DNA of 64,000 nt from NCBI GenBank assembly GCA_964016885.1, contig OZ024743.1, positions 328,972,001 through 329,036,000 of the forward strand, in the 5' to 3' direction. Numbering within the stretch: the first letter of the stretch is position 1; the number at the start of each line of letters is the position of its first letter. The position numbers were made by a program, and so were the translations under genes. A model generated the notes under the pieces. The model was not told where the DNA came from, made no database searches, and saw only the letters and a program-made list of their open reading frames with translations. Shown in pieces: positions 41,895 through 60,080 of this stretch. Source of the stretch: Eledone cirrhosa. Taxonomy: Eukaryota.

Positions 41895-42275
41895 ATAATA
41901 TGGAAAACGAAGAATCAGTGATGCATCGGAACACAATTTATTAACGTATTACAATTGTTTGTCCGGTGAACAGCTCGTGGTGCGATCTGTTTGTGGCTCG
42001 AACCTGACTCTGGATTCGCAAGTTCCTCAGATACGTCTTGTGATGTCTCGAAATCACTAGACGTATCTGAGGAACTTGCGAATCCAGAGTCAGGTTCGAG
42101 CCACAAACAGATCGCACCACGAGCTGTTCGCCGGACAAACAATTGTAATACGTTAATAAATTGTGTTCCGATGCATCACTGATTCTTCGTTTTCCATATT
42201 ATCATACTTTGGTCCGAAGGAGCATAGAGTGCTCAACCGGCATACCGCCTATGGACGCATCCTAGCAACCATACT
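41895..42275. mobile_element. Family F palindromic insertion with two long-stem-II HHR motifs
   Basis: Plus 42061-42153 acgtat CTGAGGA [62 nt] cAAA caatt GTA ^ atacgt t AATAAA; mirror at 41944-42036. Confidence 0.75.
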
Positions 42276-42797
42276 ACACACACACACATACACACACATA
42301 CACACACACACATATATATATATATATCTCAACCCTTATATATACATATATAATCAGTATGACTTAGAACTACTTGTGGTTTCAAGACTCAAACTCGTCT
42401 AAATCATCAGGTGTATTTTGAGAAAAGTAAAGCAAGAAGGGGAATGGAGTAGGGTTCATTCTTCTAAGGTCTTCCTTTGGTTGATTCAAGGCACGTGACG
42501 GCAGTGATATGTCATCAACAGCCCGAGGAAGTTTTCATCTTAATGGTGGCCTTAATTTTAGTAAAACCCAGCAACGTCAAGCATGCGATCTGATTCACTT
42601 CTTAGCGGAGCTAATGAGTCATTGATCTTCTTCCCTGTGTACCCTGCGGTTACCTTTGATGAACCTGATTGTTGGTGTGCGTGGTGATTTGATCTGTCTG
42701 CCTCACAGTTACACATAAGTCAGGTAGAGCTAACTACGGTAGTTTTTGTAGGATGTCTGGGTCAGTGCTTTGAAGGTGACTAACAGAACATTTCTCC

Positions 42798-42876
<79 letters not shown>

Positions 42877-44376
42877 AACTATGTGGTTAATAAATAAAGT
42901 ATCAATCCAGTAATGAGAGCGATTCTAGCTCTATATATTTCTCACTATCGCCTTCTCAGGATGGAATCGGCTGTGTTAGGAGCTGGAGAGTGGATGTGTT
43001 TCGACAGGTCTAATTGCCCAAGACACACCAGGATGATGCCACTAAAACTCTATCAGGAATTAAGTGTCAATAACATTGAAAGTGTTGTTGGATATCGTAT
43101 CTAATTTATCACAACAATATTCAGATATATTAAAGTGAAGTGGTACTAATTTATCAGAACTATATTTAGGTGCATCAAAAGTGCAGGGGTTTAGTGATAG
43201 ATAAAACGGTATCAGTGGTTTATGAAAAAAATAGAAACACACAGATAACTTTGAAAACATAAAGACATCCATAAGGAATACTTATTACTTTCTCTAAGTG
43301 TAAACATACGGATTGTTATGTATTATTATTGGACATAACCAGTAGAGACGATCAGTGGTCATATGTATTGGAAAATATCAAATGAAAAAGAAAAGCTAAA
43401 CTGAGGCTCATTAGATTTGCTGTAAACAACGGAAATGATTGCTGTTTTCTGGCAAAATACTTATTCGACATCCAATATCTTTCTCCGTTCAGTTTTGTTA
43501 ATCGGTCATTAGTTTTATTATGTCTCAATACAAAAATTCGGTTGAAATTGTATTTATTAAACCAGTGTCATATGTTCGATTGGTGAACATCCTACTCCTC
43601 CTCCTCCTCCTCCTCCTCCTCACCATCACCACCACCACCGTTTACCGTCGTCCATTTTTCCACCTTGCATGGGTTAGAAAAGGTGTACCGTTGTGAGACA
43701 AGTCAGATCAGATGTCCGTGTCTTGCTCATACAAAGTTGTTCCTGGCTTAGTTTCTACGTCCTTCCTAACCCCAGCCACATTTACAGTGTGGACAAGGTG
43801 TTTTTCATCGTGGTGCCAAAACGACCACTTTACATTGTTGAATGGCCGCTTTTTCTCGTGTCAAACCATATGATATATATATATATAAACTGACGAAGGA
43901 CTAGTGTCCGAAATGTTAAGACTCTTTTCCTGTTATTTCAAGCGTTAAACTAATATATTTTTTCAATGTACTGTTTCATTTTCTTTTTTATGGATACTGT
44001 TCAATGTCTATTCTTATACAAAAACTGCGTAATTTGATGGTTAGAGCGGGTTGGGGGTTGGGATATATGGATGATGTCTGAGGTAGGGATTATGGAGGAT
44101 GTCTCAGTTCTAATATATGTATCTAGTTCATTATTGACTCGGTTTTAACGAAAGTAATTTTTACTAGTTTGGAATCCAAAGGTCTTATCCACTAGATGCT
44201 TTGTTTTCTGTTGGCCTTGTATTCCTAGTGTATTATTTATGTGTAGGGGATTCGATGATTGCTTTGTCTTTATTCTATATATAAATATAGTGTATATATG
44301 TGTAACGTAAGTGTATGCATATATAGGGTAGTTATCGATGGTGAATAGACTGGTTGGTGCAATAACGGTCTTATTT

Positions 44377-44409
<33 letters not shown>

Positions 44410-44423
44410 CATATATACATACC

Positions 44424-44502
<79 letters not shown>

Positions 44503-45100
44503 GTATATCTATATCTCTCTATCCCCCTCTCCTCCCTCTCTCTCTCTCTATTTATATATACACACTCACACAATGATTCGACAGTAACAGTAATGACTGA
44601 CCGACAACAAACGTTAATCTATGGAGCTTGGATTAGACAATAGTAACAACTGTACTACTACTCTCACTATTCCTTCCCCACTTTATACCACCTCCTCTCT
44701 CTCTTCCTTAACATTCCCTTCCTATTGAACACCTCCTTCCCATACCCCGCTCTCACTCGCTATTCAACACGTCTTTCCCTACCCCCTCCTCTCTATTCAA
44801 CACCTATTTATCAAACCCTTCCCTCTATCCTTCTCTCCCTCCCCATACCACACCCCCTATACAACTCCTTTCTCCCCTATCCCTCTCTCTTCCAATTCAT
44901 ATTGTTTTCCCTGAAAATATTGATTAATCAATCGATCACAGAATGTAAATATTTGTATATTTGTATATTTCACGAAACCCACAAGGACCAATGATTTAAA
45001 AGGAAATGGAAAGAAGAGGTGCTGGTGTTCATAGCTTTCCCCAACATCAGCGGTGAGAAGGGTATGCAGAAGACTTCAACATGTTTCACCTAATCGCTCC

Positions 45101-45320
45101 ACCAAATACCGGTCGCTCTCCGACAGATTTGCGGTCGTACCTTTGGCAGTGGAAACTTCTGGTGTCCTCGGCCCTAGAGCTACCTACCTACCTACCACCC
45201 CACCATAGGGGCTGAGCTGGCTAGCCGCAGGTGTGACCCTCGCGAGTTGGAATGGCTCTTCCAGCGCGTCTCCCTTGCCGTCCTCCGGGAAAACGCCTTC
45301 TCCATTCTGTCCGCCGAGAC
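45101..45320 (+). mobile_element. Third CRE-type fragment (RLE C-terminus), diverged
   Basis: Reverse-complement homology to about 8935-9150 (KYRSLSDRFAVVPLAVET..WLFQRVSLAVL). Confidence 0.8.
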
Positions 45321-45621
45321 TGCGGGGAGGCCACCAATATGACTGACCAACTCTTCATTTTATCATGCTTACTTCAAACAATATAGCAGCGGACGTCAGT
45401 CAGAATATGTATATAGTGCTCTGTCGAAATTTATAAAGTTGGTTCTACAATATTTTCTCAGAAACATCTAGAATCTAATTCACAATCTATCATTACCAAC
45501 TACCCGCCCCTGTATTGAGTGTTCTTTCTCCCGTCCGTCAATATCACACGGGTTTCTTTTGATATACTGGCGGTGAATATACATACATACATACACATAT
45601 ATATATATATATATATATATT

Positions 45622-45661
<40 letters not shown>

Positions 45662-45670
45662 CATATATAT

Positions 45671-45705
<35 letters not shown>

Positions 45706-45808
45706 AATATATATATATAGAGATATAAATACCACAACATTTATTTTGGAAAGCCAGATTCCTGATGATTTCTAAAGAATGAAACAGTTCTAGTCCTGTA
45801 GAATCTCA

Positions 45809-45843
<35 letters not shown>

Positions 45844-45899
45844 CGTTTCTGAATTTGTTTTGCAAGATTCTTATTGGCAACATGACCCTCCCAAAGCAT

Positions 45900-45930
<31 letters not shown>

Positions 45931-46948
45931 GGAAAAAGTATGACCCGACGGCAGAGCTCAAACCGTTTCGACGGCTATTTCTGGACATATATATAGCAAA
46001 AGAATGAAGAATAACATGGTCGGCTGTACAAAAGGGTTTATCTAAAGTATTAACAGTTGTTTCATTAGTCAGGTATGTCTAAAAGTCGCTGATTGTTAGA
46101 AGTTAAGTCTTTCGACCTTAATTACAGTTGATACTCCACCAAATCGTCAGAACACTATGAACATAACTCAGGGCACTGGTATTTATAGATACGTCGGAGA
46201 ATAACATAAATGAAAACAAGAACAATAATTGTTTCTACATTTTGGCACAAGGCCAGCAAATACTCAGTACATTACTGGTACTATATTTTATCGACCCTGT
46301 AAGGATGAAAGGCAAAGTTAACCCCGGCGGGATTTGAAAACAAGAACAATAATAATAAGATTAATGACAACAATAATAGTAGTAGTAGTAGTAGTTGCAA
46401 TGATGAGTGGATAGAGGCATAAAATAGTAATGATAATAATAATAATTGTTTCTACTTTTGGCACAGGGCCAACAATGAATCCAGTGTATTACTGGTACTT
46501 TATTTTATCGACCCCGTAAGGATGAAAGGCAAAGTTAATCTCGGCGGGATTTGAACTCCGACCATAAAGGGCCGTAACTCTTTGCCGCAAAGCATGGCGT
46601 CCGACCCTCTACCGATTCTGCCAATACACGCCTATATGACAATAATAATAATAACATGAAAAAGTGGGGGAAGAGATGATGTGATAAGCAAGATACTGGT
46701 CAGTCATAAAATGGTGTATTGGCGCCATTCCAATATAGTGGGTTTTCCATAATAAACCCTATTGTACAGCCGACCATGTTATTCTTCATGCTTTTACTAT
46801 TATTACTCCTGCCTAGGAACATTCTTAAACCGGCCACCTGACTAATGAAACTTCTTGGTGAGTCAAACAACGCCGTACGTTAAAACTATCCTCGACACAA
46901 GAGTACTCATAACCTCTAGCTGGATTACCTTAAACGATACCTTGTTAT

Positions 46949-46990
<42 letters not shown>

Positions 46991-46997
<7 letters not shown>

Positions 46998-47384
46998 AAA
47001 TTTCAGGTTATCAATAATGTAGTGATAATATATCGTTACGTTAGAGATGAACAGCGTACGTGCAGGTTTGCTCAACGAGTATAAATTATATTCCGGAGAA
47101 AATGTAGAAAGGATGAATATAAAATGAAAGTGCTTTTTTTAAAAAAGGAATTTATTAGGTATTGACATATGTTTCTGTAACAGACGGAATACCTATGTAT
47201 CGCTGCTTGCGTAATCATATAATGTTAGCAAGTATTCGATAGCAAATGTATAATCAGTTGTCACTTCTTCAGAGATTTTGGATAAACTCAGCGATACATA
47301 GGTATTCCGTCTGTTACAGAAACATATGTCAATACCTAATAAATTCCTTTTTTAAAAAAAGCACTTTCATTTTATATTCATCCT

Positions 47385-47390
<6 letters not shown>
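46991..47390. mobile_element. Family J head-to-head element related to the PLE1 pLTR
   Basis: Arms 47105-47205 and 47289-47389; minus CTGAAGA a gtgaca..tgttac a GAAA catatG TC; shares ccggagaaaa and aaggaatttatt blocks with 15520-15575. Confidence 0.7.
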
Positions 47391-47471
<81 letters not shown>

Positions 47472-47925
47472 GGTTTGTTGGTTCACCACTGGATAGAACT
47501 GGTCATTCCGTATGGTCAGCCTCGATGTAATATTAGGGAGAGCACTCGACGTAATGCAACTCACCCGTCTTCGTTTGTGTAGTTGGTGGTGCGAGTACAG
47601 AGTTAGTTATTATAAAATAACAGGAGGCTGGACTGGTGTAATTCCTTAAAAGGTTTATTATACTCTGAACATTTCAATGACTGGGTTCAGTATGAATCCG
47701 GTGACATCATCAGGTATTCGAAATATAACAAAGGAATATAATAAAGGGGCGGCCGACCGGGGTAGAAGCTGCTAAATGTTCGGTCGCCCTCATGTCTCTG
47801 ATTTTCATCCCCATGGATTTTGTCTATTATATTCCTTTGTTATATTTCGAATACCTGATGATGTCACCGGATTCATACTGAACCCGGTCATTGACATGAT
47901 CATAGTATAATAAACCTTTATTTTA

Positions 47926-47964
<39 letters not shown>

Positions 47965-47967
<3 letters not shown>

Positions 47968-48424
47968 AAAGTTTTATTTAAATTGTTGGGATACTACACG
48001 CAAATATTTTTTATAACTGATATAAAGCACTCGACAAGTATTTGGAGTAAATATACGATATTAACAAATGGAAACTATATTTATAAAACCATATCTATTT
48101 TATTATACATATTTCAAGGATACCATGTTAAATTATGGTATGCTTTCATCAGACAAAATACAATATATACCAGTTTTATAAATAAACATTGACGTACCCT
48201 TTCAAAATGCAACCGTTAGTTTTGGAAGACATCAAGGATATCCTTGATGTATCCAAAGCTAACGGTTGCATTTTGAAAGGGTACGTCAATGTTTATTTAT
48301 AAAACTGGTATATATTGTATTTTGTCTGATGAAAGCATACCATAATTTAACATGGTATCCTTGAAATATGTATAATAAAATAGATATGGTTTTATAAATA
48401 TAGTTTCCATTTGTTAATATCGTA

Positions 48425-48425
<1 letters not shown>
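47965..48425. mobile_element. Family E palindromic insertion with two HHRs
   Basis: Centre ggatatcc near 48240; plus CTGATGA aagc ataccat/atggtat cctt GAAA tat GTA t AATAAA; relatives at 23210-23488, 29221-29506, 38780-39128, 58691-59116. Confidence 0.8.
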
Positions 48426-48482
<57 letters not shown>

Positions 48483-48487
<5 letters not shown>

Positions 48488-48704
48488 GTAAACAGAAATA
48501 ACAACACAATCGGTACAGTATATGGAAGGGATATATTAGGTTAACGCTTGATATAGCAGGAAGAGGGTCTTAACGTTTCAGACGCTAGTCCTTCATCAGA
48601 AGAAAGAATGAGAAATAAAATAGATTAAGGGGACGGGCGGGTTGGAATTGGAAAAAAATGTCTTTAGATAAAAATAACGGGTCTATTCATGTTGACATCT
48701 CTTG
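48483..48704 (-). mobile_element. Family H HHR element
   Basis: Minus 48568-48603 tctt CTGATGA aggactagcgtct GAAA c GTT ^ aaga; copies 57360-57530, 63001-63223 and plus 43890-43957. Confidence 0.8.
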
Positions 48705-48980
48705 AAAAACTGTTGGTGCTGGCGTTTTGTGTATGATATACTTTAAAAAAGTGGATGATGGAGCGCGTCTACCTGAAATGGAAAAAAAAACGTTTTGTAA
48801 AAAGAACTATACTTGTGCACGTGCGTAAGCATGTGTGTGTGGGGGGGTGAGGGGGGGGGGGTTATACGTCCGTACGAAGCTAAGAAGAAATGTGTGTGTA
48901 TGTGAGTGAAAGAGTGTGTGTATGTAAGTACGAAGCTATGAGCAAAAATATGTTAATATAAGGGTGTATATGTGTATACA

Positions 48981-49017
<37 letters not shown>

Positions 49018-49259
49018 GGAATACTGTTGGCTTTTTGCTACAATGTTTTCTATACCTTTCATTTATATATATATATATATATATAAGGAAACAAGTATTA
49101 TCCAACCGTATGCCAATGTGGTTCTATGGCGGGTTAATAAATTAACAACCCAGAACATATAAAATCGAGGTGGTAAAGGCACATATAGTAAGTACAGGTA
49201 ATTTTTTAAAATTTATTTTAAAACTTTTTCTCTATTTGCTAGACCTCGATCGTATATAC

Positions 49260-49870
<611 letters not shown>

Positions 49871-49893
49871 ATTGGTATCTTCATTTTGAAGAT

Positions 49894-52828
<2,935 letters not shown>

Positions 52829-52837
52829 ATATTTATA

Positions 52838-53724
52838 TCAGAAAAGTTCCAGGACTGATGTCACAAAAGATTTATTTCAAACCCAAACTTCACACTAAGA
52901 GTTTCCTCCTTCAAAGTAATCCCCCTGGAGTATGTAACTGTAATCTTAGCTCTCTGCAGCGATCAAACTTTTTTCTTCATAATTTTATATACATGACCTC
53001 TGTTTCAGGTCGTCAAGCAATGAGCACAGAGCAACGAACAGACTTGAAAACTCCGTCAGAAGCACTGGGATTGCTGCAGCAAGTATATGGAGATGAGACG
53101 ATGTCACGCTCACGTGTTTTTGAGTGGTGCAAGAGGTTTAAAGAAGGACGCGAGGACGTGGAAGATGACCCCAGGAGCGGAAGGCCCTCAACAACCAGGA
53201 CTGATGTCAACGTTGAGCGCGTCAGGCAGATGGTGCTTAGCGATCGTCGGCTGACTGTTCGACTGATGGCAAATGAGCTGGGCATGAATCGGGACAGCGT
53301 CTGGAAGATTCTAATTGAAGATTTGGACATGCAGAAAGTCTCCGCGAAGATGGTGCCAACACTGCTGAACGATGACCAGAAGGGTCGACGCATGCAAGTG
53401 TGCCAGGACATCCCCCAGCGTCTTGAAACCGAACCAGACTTGCTAGGGACAGTCATCACCGGTGATGAGTCATGGATCTTCGAGTACGACCCGGAGGGGA
53501 GCCGTTTTGAAGACGTGGACGACATCAAAAAGGCCGTGACGACGGAACTGCGGAGGATCCCGGAAGCATCCTTCCAGGAGTGCATGCAAACGTGGCAGAA
53601 AAGGATGGAAAAGTGCATTAGACTCCAGGGGGATTACTTTGAAGGAGAAAACTCTTAGTGAAAAGTTTGGGTTTGAAATAAATCTTTTGTGACATCAGTC
53701 CTGGAACTTTTCTGACACACCTCG
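52838..53724 (+). mobile_element. Internally deleted mariner element with ~95-bp inverted repeats
   Basis: 52838-52931 is the reverse complement of 53622-53715; right end cacacctcg|TA; ORF has VFEWCKRFKEGR..DDPRSGRP, KMVP, VITGDESWIFEYDPE fused to RFEDVDDIK..GDYFE. Confidence 0.9.
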
Positions 53725-53759
53725 TATATATATATGTATCTGTGTATATATATATATTT

Positions 53760-55412
53760 AAAAGAATAGAAGTGTAACACACGAGTTATGATATATTGGT
53801 AAAAGGAAAAGAAAATGCTGACAAATTGTTCCCAGTGAAAAATAGTTTAATTAGGAATAAGTAAAAATTAGTAATAGTATTGGCTAGTATTCAGTTTCGG
53901 TTTTAAGTTTTACCGGTTGCGCATTTCTAATGCTTTACAAAATAATTTTAATCCTACGAACACACGATATCATAAAGAGCAAAAGACAATCTAAGTCAAT
54001 GAAAAACATCCTAACACATGCCAAAGTACTGCCAACCACAACAACGAAACCCACAGTAAAAAAATGCGATAGACCCAACTGTGGCATATGCATCAACCTA
54101 ATAGAGGGTTCGAAATTCTATTTCAAAGAAGGACAACGTTTTATAGTAAAACACAATTTCACATGCGCATCAGAAAATCTAATATATGTATTAACTTGCT
54201 CAGGTTGTCGAGAACAATACATAGGCCAGACCAAAAACAGCCTCCGCCAACGCATGACTGTCCATAGATCCCAAATTAAAATACGGGAATACAGGAAAAT
54301 ACCACTGAGTGAACACATTGATACCTGTGTCGCCCAAAATCATCCCAACTTCAGAATCTTTCCCCTCTACAAATTTAAAGATAATGCCACCCACACCCAG
54401 CGCATCATCAAGGAATCTCACTTTATTAACAAATACGGACCCCGTCTAAACACTTGTAGTGACTGAGATGGTCGCTTAGAAACTAGCAGTTGCCTCCTCT
54501 TAACAACTCTTCAGAGAGCGGAGGCAATATACATCCGGTCACAGACGCGGGTTTGCTCACTCTCTTTCTCATGGACCGCGAACATGAACAGACGTGAAAG
54601 GATTCGCTCCTCAACAAATATTGACCATGCTGGCTTCGTAAGGGACTATGTGAAAATGCCTTCCTTCGGATCAAGGACGCCACGATATCTCGACTAATAG
54701 GCATTTGCTTATGTCTTCGTTATTCCTGCACCGGAGAATATAATTACACTACTTCTATTAACCCACAAGGTATGTTTGAATTGACATTGTACATAATTTA
54801 TTAAATGTCGCATTTAATAAAGGATCGTTGATTTTTGACTGTTCACCCCCCTTCTGGAGTCATTTATTTCTACAAAGAGAAACGATGTATTGTCCATTCA
54901 TCGACAATCTTTCGTTTCCTTTACACTTCTCCCTAAGACGAACCCACAACATACACACGTCAACATACATACCTACATCAGCATACATCTCTATCTACAC
55001 ATAAACACAATGACATACGTAAACACACATGTTCTATGGTGCAACACAAATATACACAAATTTGCATGCCTTTTGATGTCTATAGATATAAACGTGCCGA
55101 CACACACACATACATATACGCACACATGCATTGCACACTGATGGGCACATACATATTTGTACACAAGTATTCCAATACGGCAAGGCCTAATGGATTCCCC
55201 TTGCAGTACGTACAATCTGGACACTCACACACACCTTGGTATTATGCCAATACTATATATCATTTCAGACCTTTTATTATTAAGGTTTTTGATGTTCTAT
55301 TGAGAGAATCGTTTTTACTGAAAATATCGAATAATGTACACCATTTTTACCAGTATCACAAAAATACTGGTCCACCCACCCACCCACCCACCCACCCCCA
55401 CACACACACATT

Positions 55413-55502
<90 letters not shown>

Positions 55503-55672
55503 CACACACACATACACACGCGTACATTAACATACAAAGAGACATACACACACACACGCACACTTCTCCGTATAAGACAAGAGCTGAAAAATATCTTTTA
55601 ACATGTTAAAATATCCCCCACACACGTACGGACACATTCCTACTGACCATCCCTCTACCACGAATTACTCTG

Positions 55673-55709
<37 letters not shown>

Positions 55710-56198
55710 TCTTAATAGGCATTTGAACTGTCAACAGGCTGCGGTTCGCACATACATCCCTGCTGACCATTATCACAACAACGAATCTCTTTACTACTAC
55801 TACACACACACTCACACACATGTTTGTCTTGAAAGACTTATTTTTCAGTGACTTCTCAATCAGCCGAGACAAACCTACATTTGGCGCAAAATCAATTTTT
55901 AACATTCACATGACCTCTACCGACCAATCAAAATTGTTTTGACCACAAGAATTTTTTCATACATCTGGAGCCACTTTTTTTTACATAAAACAGGTAGAGT
56001 TTCCAACACTAATCAGATTAGAGCAAACATCACGGACGCTCTATCTCAAAATTATTTTTGAAAAGCATTAGAAATGCGCAACCGGTAAAACTTAAAACCA
56101 AAACTGAATACTAACCAATACTATTACTAATTTTTACTTATTCCTAATTAAACTATTTTTCACTGGGAACAATTTGTCAGTATTTTCTTTTCCTGTTA

Positions 56199-56203
<5 letters not shown>
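53760..56203 (+). mobile_element. PLE3: 5'-truncated GIY-YIG PLE with an inverted pLTR copy at its 5' end
   Basis: 53791-53936 is the reverse complement of 56062-56205. Confidence 0.8.
53937..54466 (+). pseudogene. PLE GIY-YIG endonuclease domain with CxxxxCxxC linker (Neptune/Nematis-like), 5'-truncated
   Basis: CDRPNCGIC, NLIYVLTCSGC..QYIGQT..LRQRMTVH..SEH..E..I..PRLN. Confidence 0.85.
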
Positions 56204-56293
<90 letters not shown>

Positions 56294-58616
56294 TAATTAA
56301 AACAATAGTGTATAGTACAGCTGAACCAGAATAGTGTACTGCATAGCTAAAATAAAGAGACGTTTGTCTGTGGAAGGAGCTCTGCGAGGAGGGGTGGCTG
56401 TTCCCGCAGGTGTCCCTGACCATTGTTAGCGGAAATGCCTTTACAGTTTTGTCCGCGGGGCGCAGCCGAAACACCCCTTTCATCTATCTTTCTTCCGTAG
56501 CCTAATAGTCCTTGCTCTTTCCCTCCTTTTCTTCTCATTTATGGCATTTATAGTCCTTTCTTTTCCAGGGCCGTGGATTGGCAGTATCAATAGAGTCGGA
56601 CGCCATGCTTTCTGGCATAATTACGTCCCATTACGGTCTGAGTTCAAATCCCGTCGAGGTTAACTTTGTCTTTCATCCTTAGGGGGTCGATAAAATAAAG
56701 TACCAGTAATGTACTGGGTAATTGCTGGCATTGTGCCAAATGTAGAAACAATTTATAGTCCTTTATTTTCCTATACAGCCAGCTCTGCCCTTCTTTACCC
56801 TCCTTTGATTTTTTATATAATTAATTATGAAAACTTAGTAAATTATTTACAACCTCCCCACCAAGCTATATATCAGTTGTTCCAAACCTTTTCACTACCA
56901 AGCACCCCCCCTCTGACCTACTATATTTCCCCTCCTTGATTTTTATACAACGCTAATGTTAACCTTTTTGATACCAAACCACCTGAAACCGTCACTTTTT
57001 CTATGATATAAAACTGTTTATTTTAAAGAGTTTATATTTATCTAAAATCTCCCATCATAATTTCATATAAGAATGGTTTCTAATTTAGACACAAAGCCAA
57101 CAATTTTGGGGGAGTGGAAAGTAAATTAAATCGACCCCACTACTTTACTGGTACTTTATTTCATCGACCCCGTAAGGATAAAAAGCAAAGCTCAAGGCGG
57201 GATTTGAACTAAGAACATAAATGGCCGTTGCTTAATACCACAAAGGAATTGTGTGTCCTTCTATTTTAATGAATGTTTCACGGCCAGAAACACATTTGGG
57301 TCGAGAGTGGGTGTTTTTATGGTTTAGTCTGAGAAAGAAAGGTAATATCTATATATATGTAAAAGGTAAACAGAAATAACAACACAATCGGTACAGTATA
57401 TGGCAGGTATATATTAGGTTAATGCTTGATATAGCAAGGAGCGGGTCTTAACGTTTCGGACGCTAATCCTTCATCAGAAGAAAGAATGAGAAATAAGATA
57501 GATTGAGGGGATGGGCGGGTTGGAATTGGAACAGATCTCCACGAGACTAGTTGGAGGGGGTGGGTGGGTGGGGGGCGTATCCTCATGTCGGTGATCTTGC
57601 CCGAATGTTTACGAGAGAGATAACTCCACTTATGGCCAGGTGTTGGTGTTAAGTTTATCACCCAAGTGGTCCACGGCGGGGTATGAACTGAGAATGTAAT
57701 GTGTAAGAACAAATACTATACTACAAGGCATCTCGACTGACGCTTTAACAATCTCACCAATTCTTCGTCATAGAATGGCTCTTTATACTTCATTTTATCG
57801 ATTACGAAAAAATAGAATGAAACGTTGACTCAACTGAATTTGAACTCAGAGAGCAGAGGGGCGGAACAAGCACCACAAAGCATCTTGTCTCGCGCTCTGA
57901 CGACATTGCCAACGTAATTGTATTATTTTATTTTCAATTTCAACAGACAATCACAGATGAGGTCGCTTGTCAGACAACTACAATAACGAGACTATAGTTT
58001 TATTGATTTCACTAAGAATAAAGACGATTCTCGAGGTTAAAGTACTTGTGCCTTTGATGGTGTTATTGACATTAGAATGTTTGTGTATTTAGACTAATTA
58101 AATCATAGAAAACAGATGGATTATTCGCCATAAGATTTGAAGAATGATATCGTATCAAAAATAGATGAAAGTTGTACTCGATCCATCAATGTCAAATATT
58201 ATTTAAATGTATCATATACAGCTCAGATGGTTTTAAAATTTCAATCTCAAACAGGAATATCAATGAAATATTTAAGGACTGAATTCTATATTATAATCTG
58301 TATATTCTGCTTTGGTTTTCACATGTCTATTAATTTTAAATGTTCTTATTTGTATAACACTTTTACAACGATGCCCTACAGTTACTACAGCGGTACCACG
58401 CGTTTCGTTGTTGCTGAGGACCAACTTGTTTAAACTGTCACATTCGGCATAGATTGTACAAGTTTGTCGTCAAGACCAAGGATACGTATGTACCCGTCGC
58501 AGTTGTAGTAACTAGCCTTAATAATTATACACGCACACATACACACACACACATATATATAGTAATAATAAATACGAAGATCAAAATCCGAAGTGGGCTT
58601 GATAAGAATTGTATGC

Positions 58617-58690
<74 letters not shown>

Positions 58691-58693
<3 letters not shown>

Positions 58694-59113
58694 ATATTAA
58701 CAAATGGAAACTATATTTATAAAACCATATTTATTTTATTATACATATTTCAAGGGCCACCAAGGCAAGTTATGGTTGGCTTTCATCAGATAAAATACAA
58801 TACAGATTAGTTTTATAAATAAATATTGACATACCCTGAAAAAAGACAACCTTAGCGGTTGGAGTTGTCTTTTTTCAGGGTATGTCAATATTTATTTATA
58901 AAACTAATCTGTATTGTATTTTATCTGATGAAAGCGCACCATAACTTGCCTTGGTGGCCCTTGAAATATGTATAATAAAATAAATATGGTTTTATAAATA
59001 TAGTTTCCATTTGTTAATATATTGAATATTTACTCCACAAAACTGTTGAGTGCTTTATATCAGTTATAAAAATGTTTAAGCTTGTTGAATCCCAACAAAT
59101 TAAATATAACCTC

Positions 59114-59116
<3 letters not shown>
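58691..59116. mobile_element. Family E palindromic insertion with two HHRs
   Basis: Arms 58691-58850 and 58864-59022; CTGATGA at 58925(+) and tcatcag at 58783(-). Confidence 0.8.
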
Positions 59117-59198
<82 letters not shown>

Positions 59199-59267
59199 AA
59201 ATAAAAATATATTACGGGAACTTCTGAAACAGTATGAACAGAGGCATTTTTTTCTATTAATACCTCG

Positions 59268-60080
59268 ACCGCCATGGCCTTAATACACCCCCTCTTTCCC
59301 TCTCATCTGGCTCCCTCTACCGCCATGGCCTTAATACACCCCCTCTTTCTATCTCATCTAGCTCCCTCTACCGCCATGGCCTTAATACACCCCCTCTTTC
59401 TATCTCATCTAGCTCCCTCTACCGCCATGGCCTTAATACACCCCCTCTTTCCCTCTCATCTGGCTCCCTCTACCGCCATGGCCTTAATACACCCCCTCTT
59501 TCCCTCTCATCTGGCTCCCTCTACCGCCATGGCCTTAATACACCCCCTCTTTCCCTCTCATCTGGCTCCCTCTACCGCCATGGCCTTAATACACCCCCTC
59601 TTTCTATCTCATCTGGCTCCCTCTACCGCCATGGCCTTAATACACCCCCTCTTTCTATCTCATCTAGCTCCCTCTACCGCCATGTCCTTAATACACCCCC
59701 TCTTTCCCTCTCATCTGGCTCCCTCTACCGCCATGTCCTTAATACACCCCCTCTTTCCCTCTCATCTGGCTCCCTCTACCGCCATGGCCTTAATACACCC
59801 CCTCTTTCCCTCTCATCTGGCTCCCTCTACCGCCATGGCCTTAATACACCCCCTCTTTCTATCTCATCTAGCTCCCTCTACCGCCATGTCCTTAATACAC
59901 CCCCTCTTTCCCTCTCATCTGGCTCCCTCTACCGCCATGTCCTTAATACACCCCCTCTTTCCCTCTCATCTGGCTCCCTCTACCGCCATGGCCTTAATAC
60001 ACCCCCTCTTTCCCTCTCATCTGGCTCCCTCTACCGCCATGGCCTTAATACACCCCCTCTTTCCCTCTCACCTGGCTCCC
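59268..60080. repeat. 51-bp minisatellite, 16 copies
   Basis: Unit accgccatggccttaatacaccccctctttccctctcatctggctccctct. Confidence 0.95.

Noticed and set aside
56355-56495. Possible minus-strand long-stem-II HHR (aaaga TAGATGA..cAAA c GTC tcttt); similar weak cases at 37070-37155, 42365-42416 and 58395-58476
   Set aside because: Two or more core mismatches or no convincing stem I/III; not counted.
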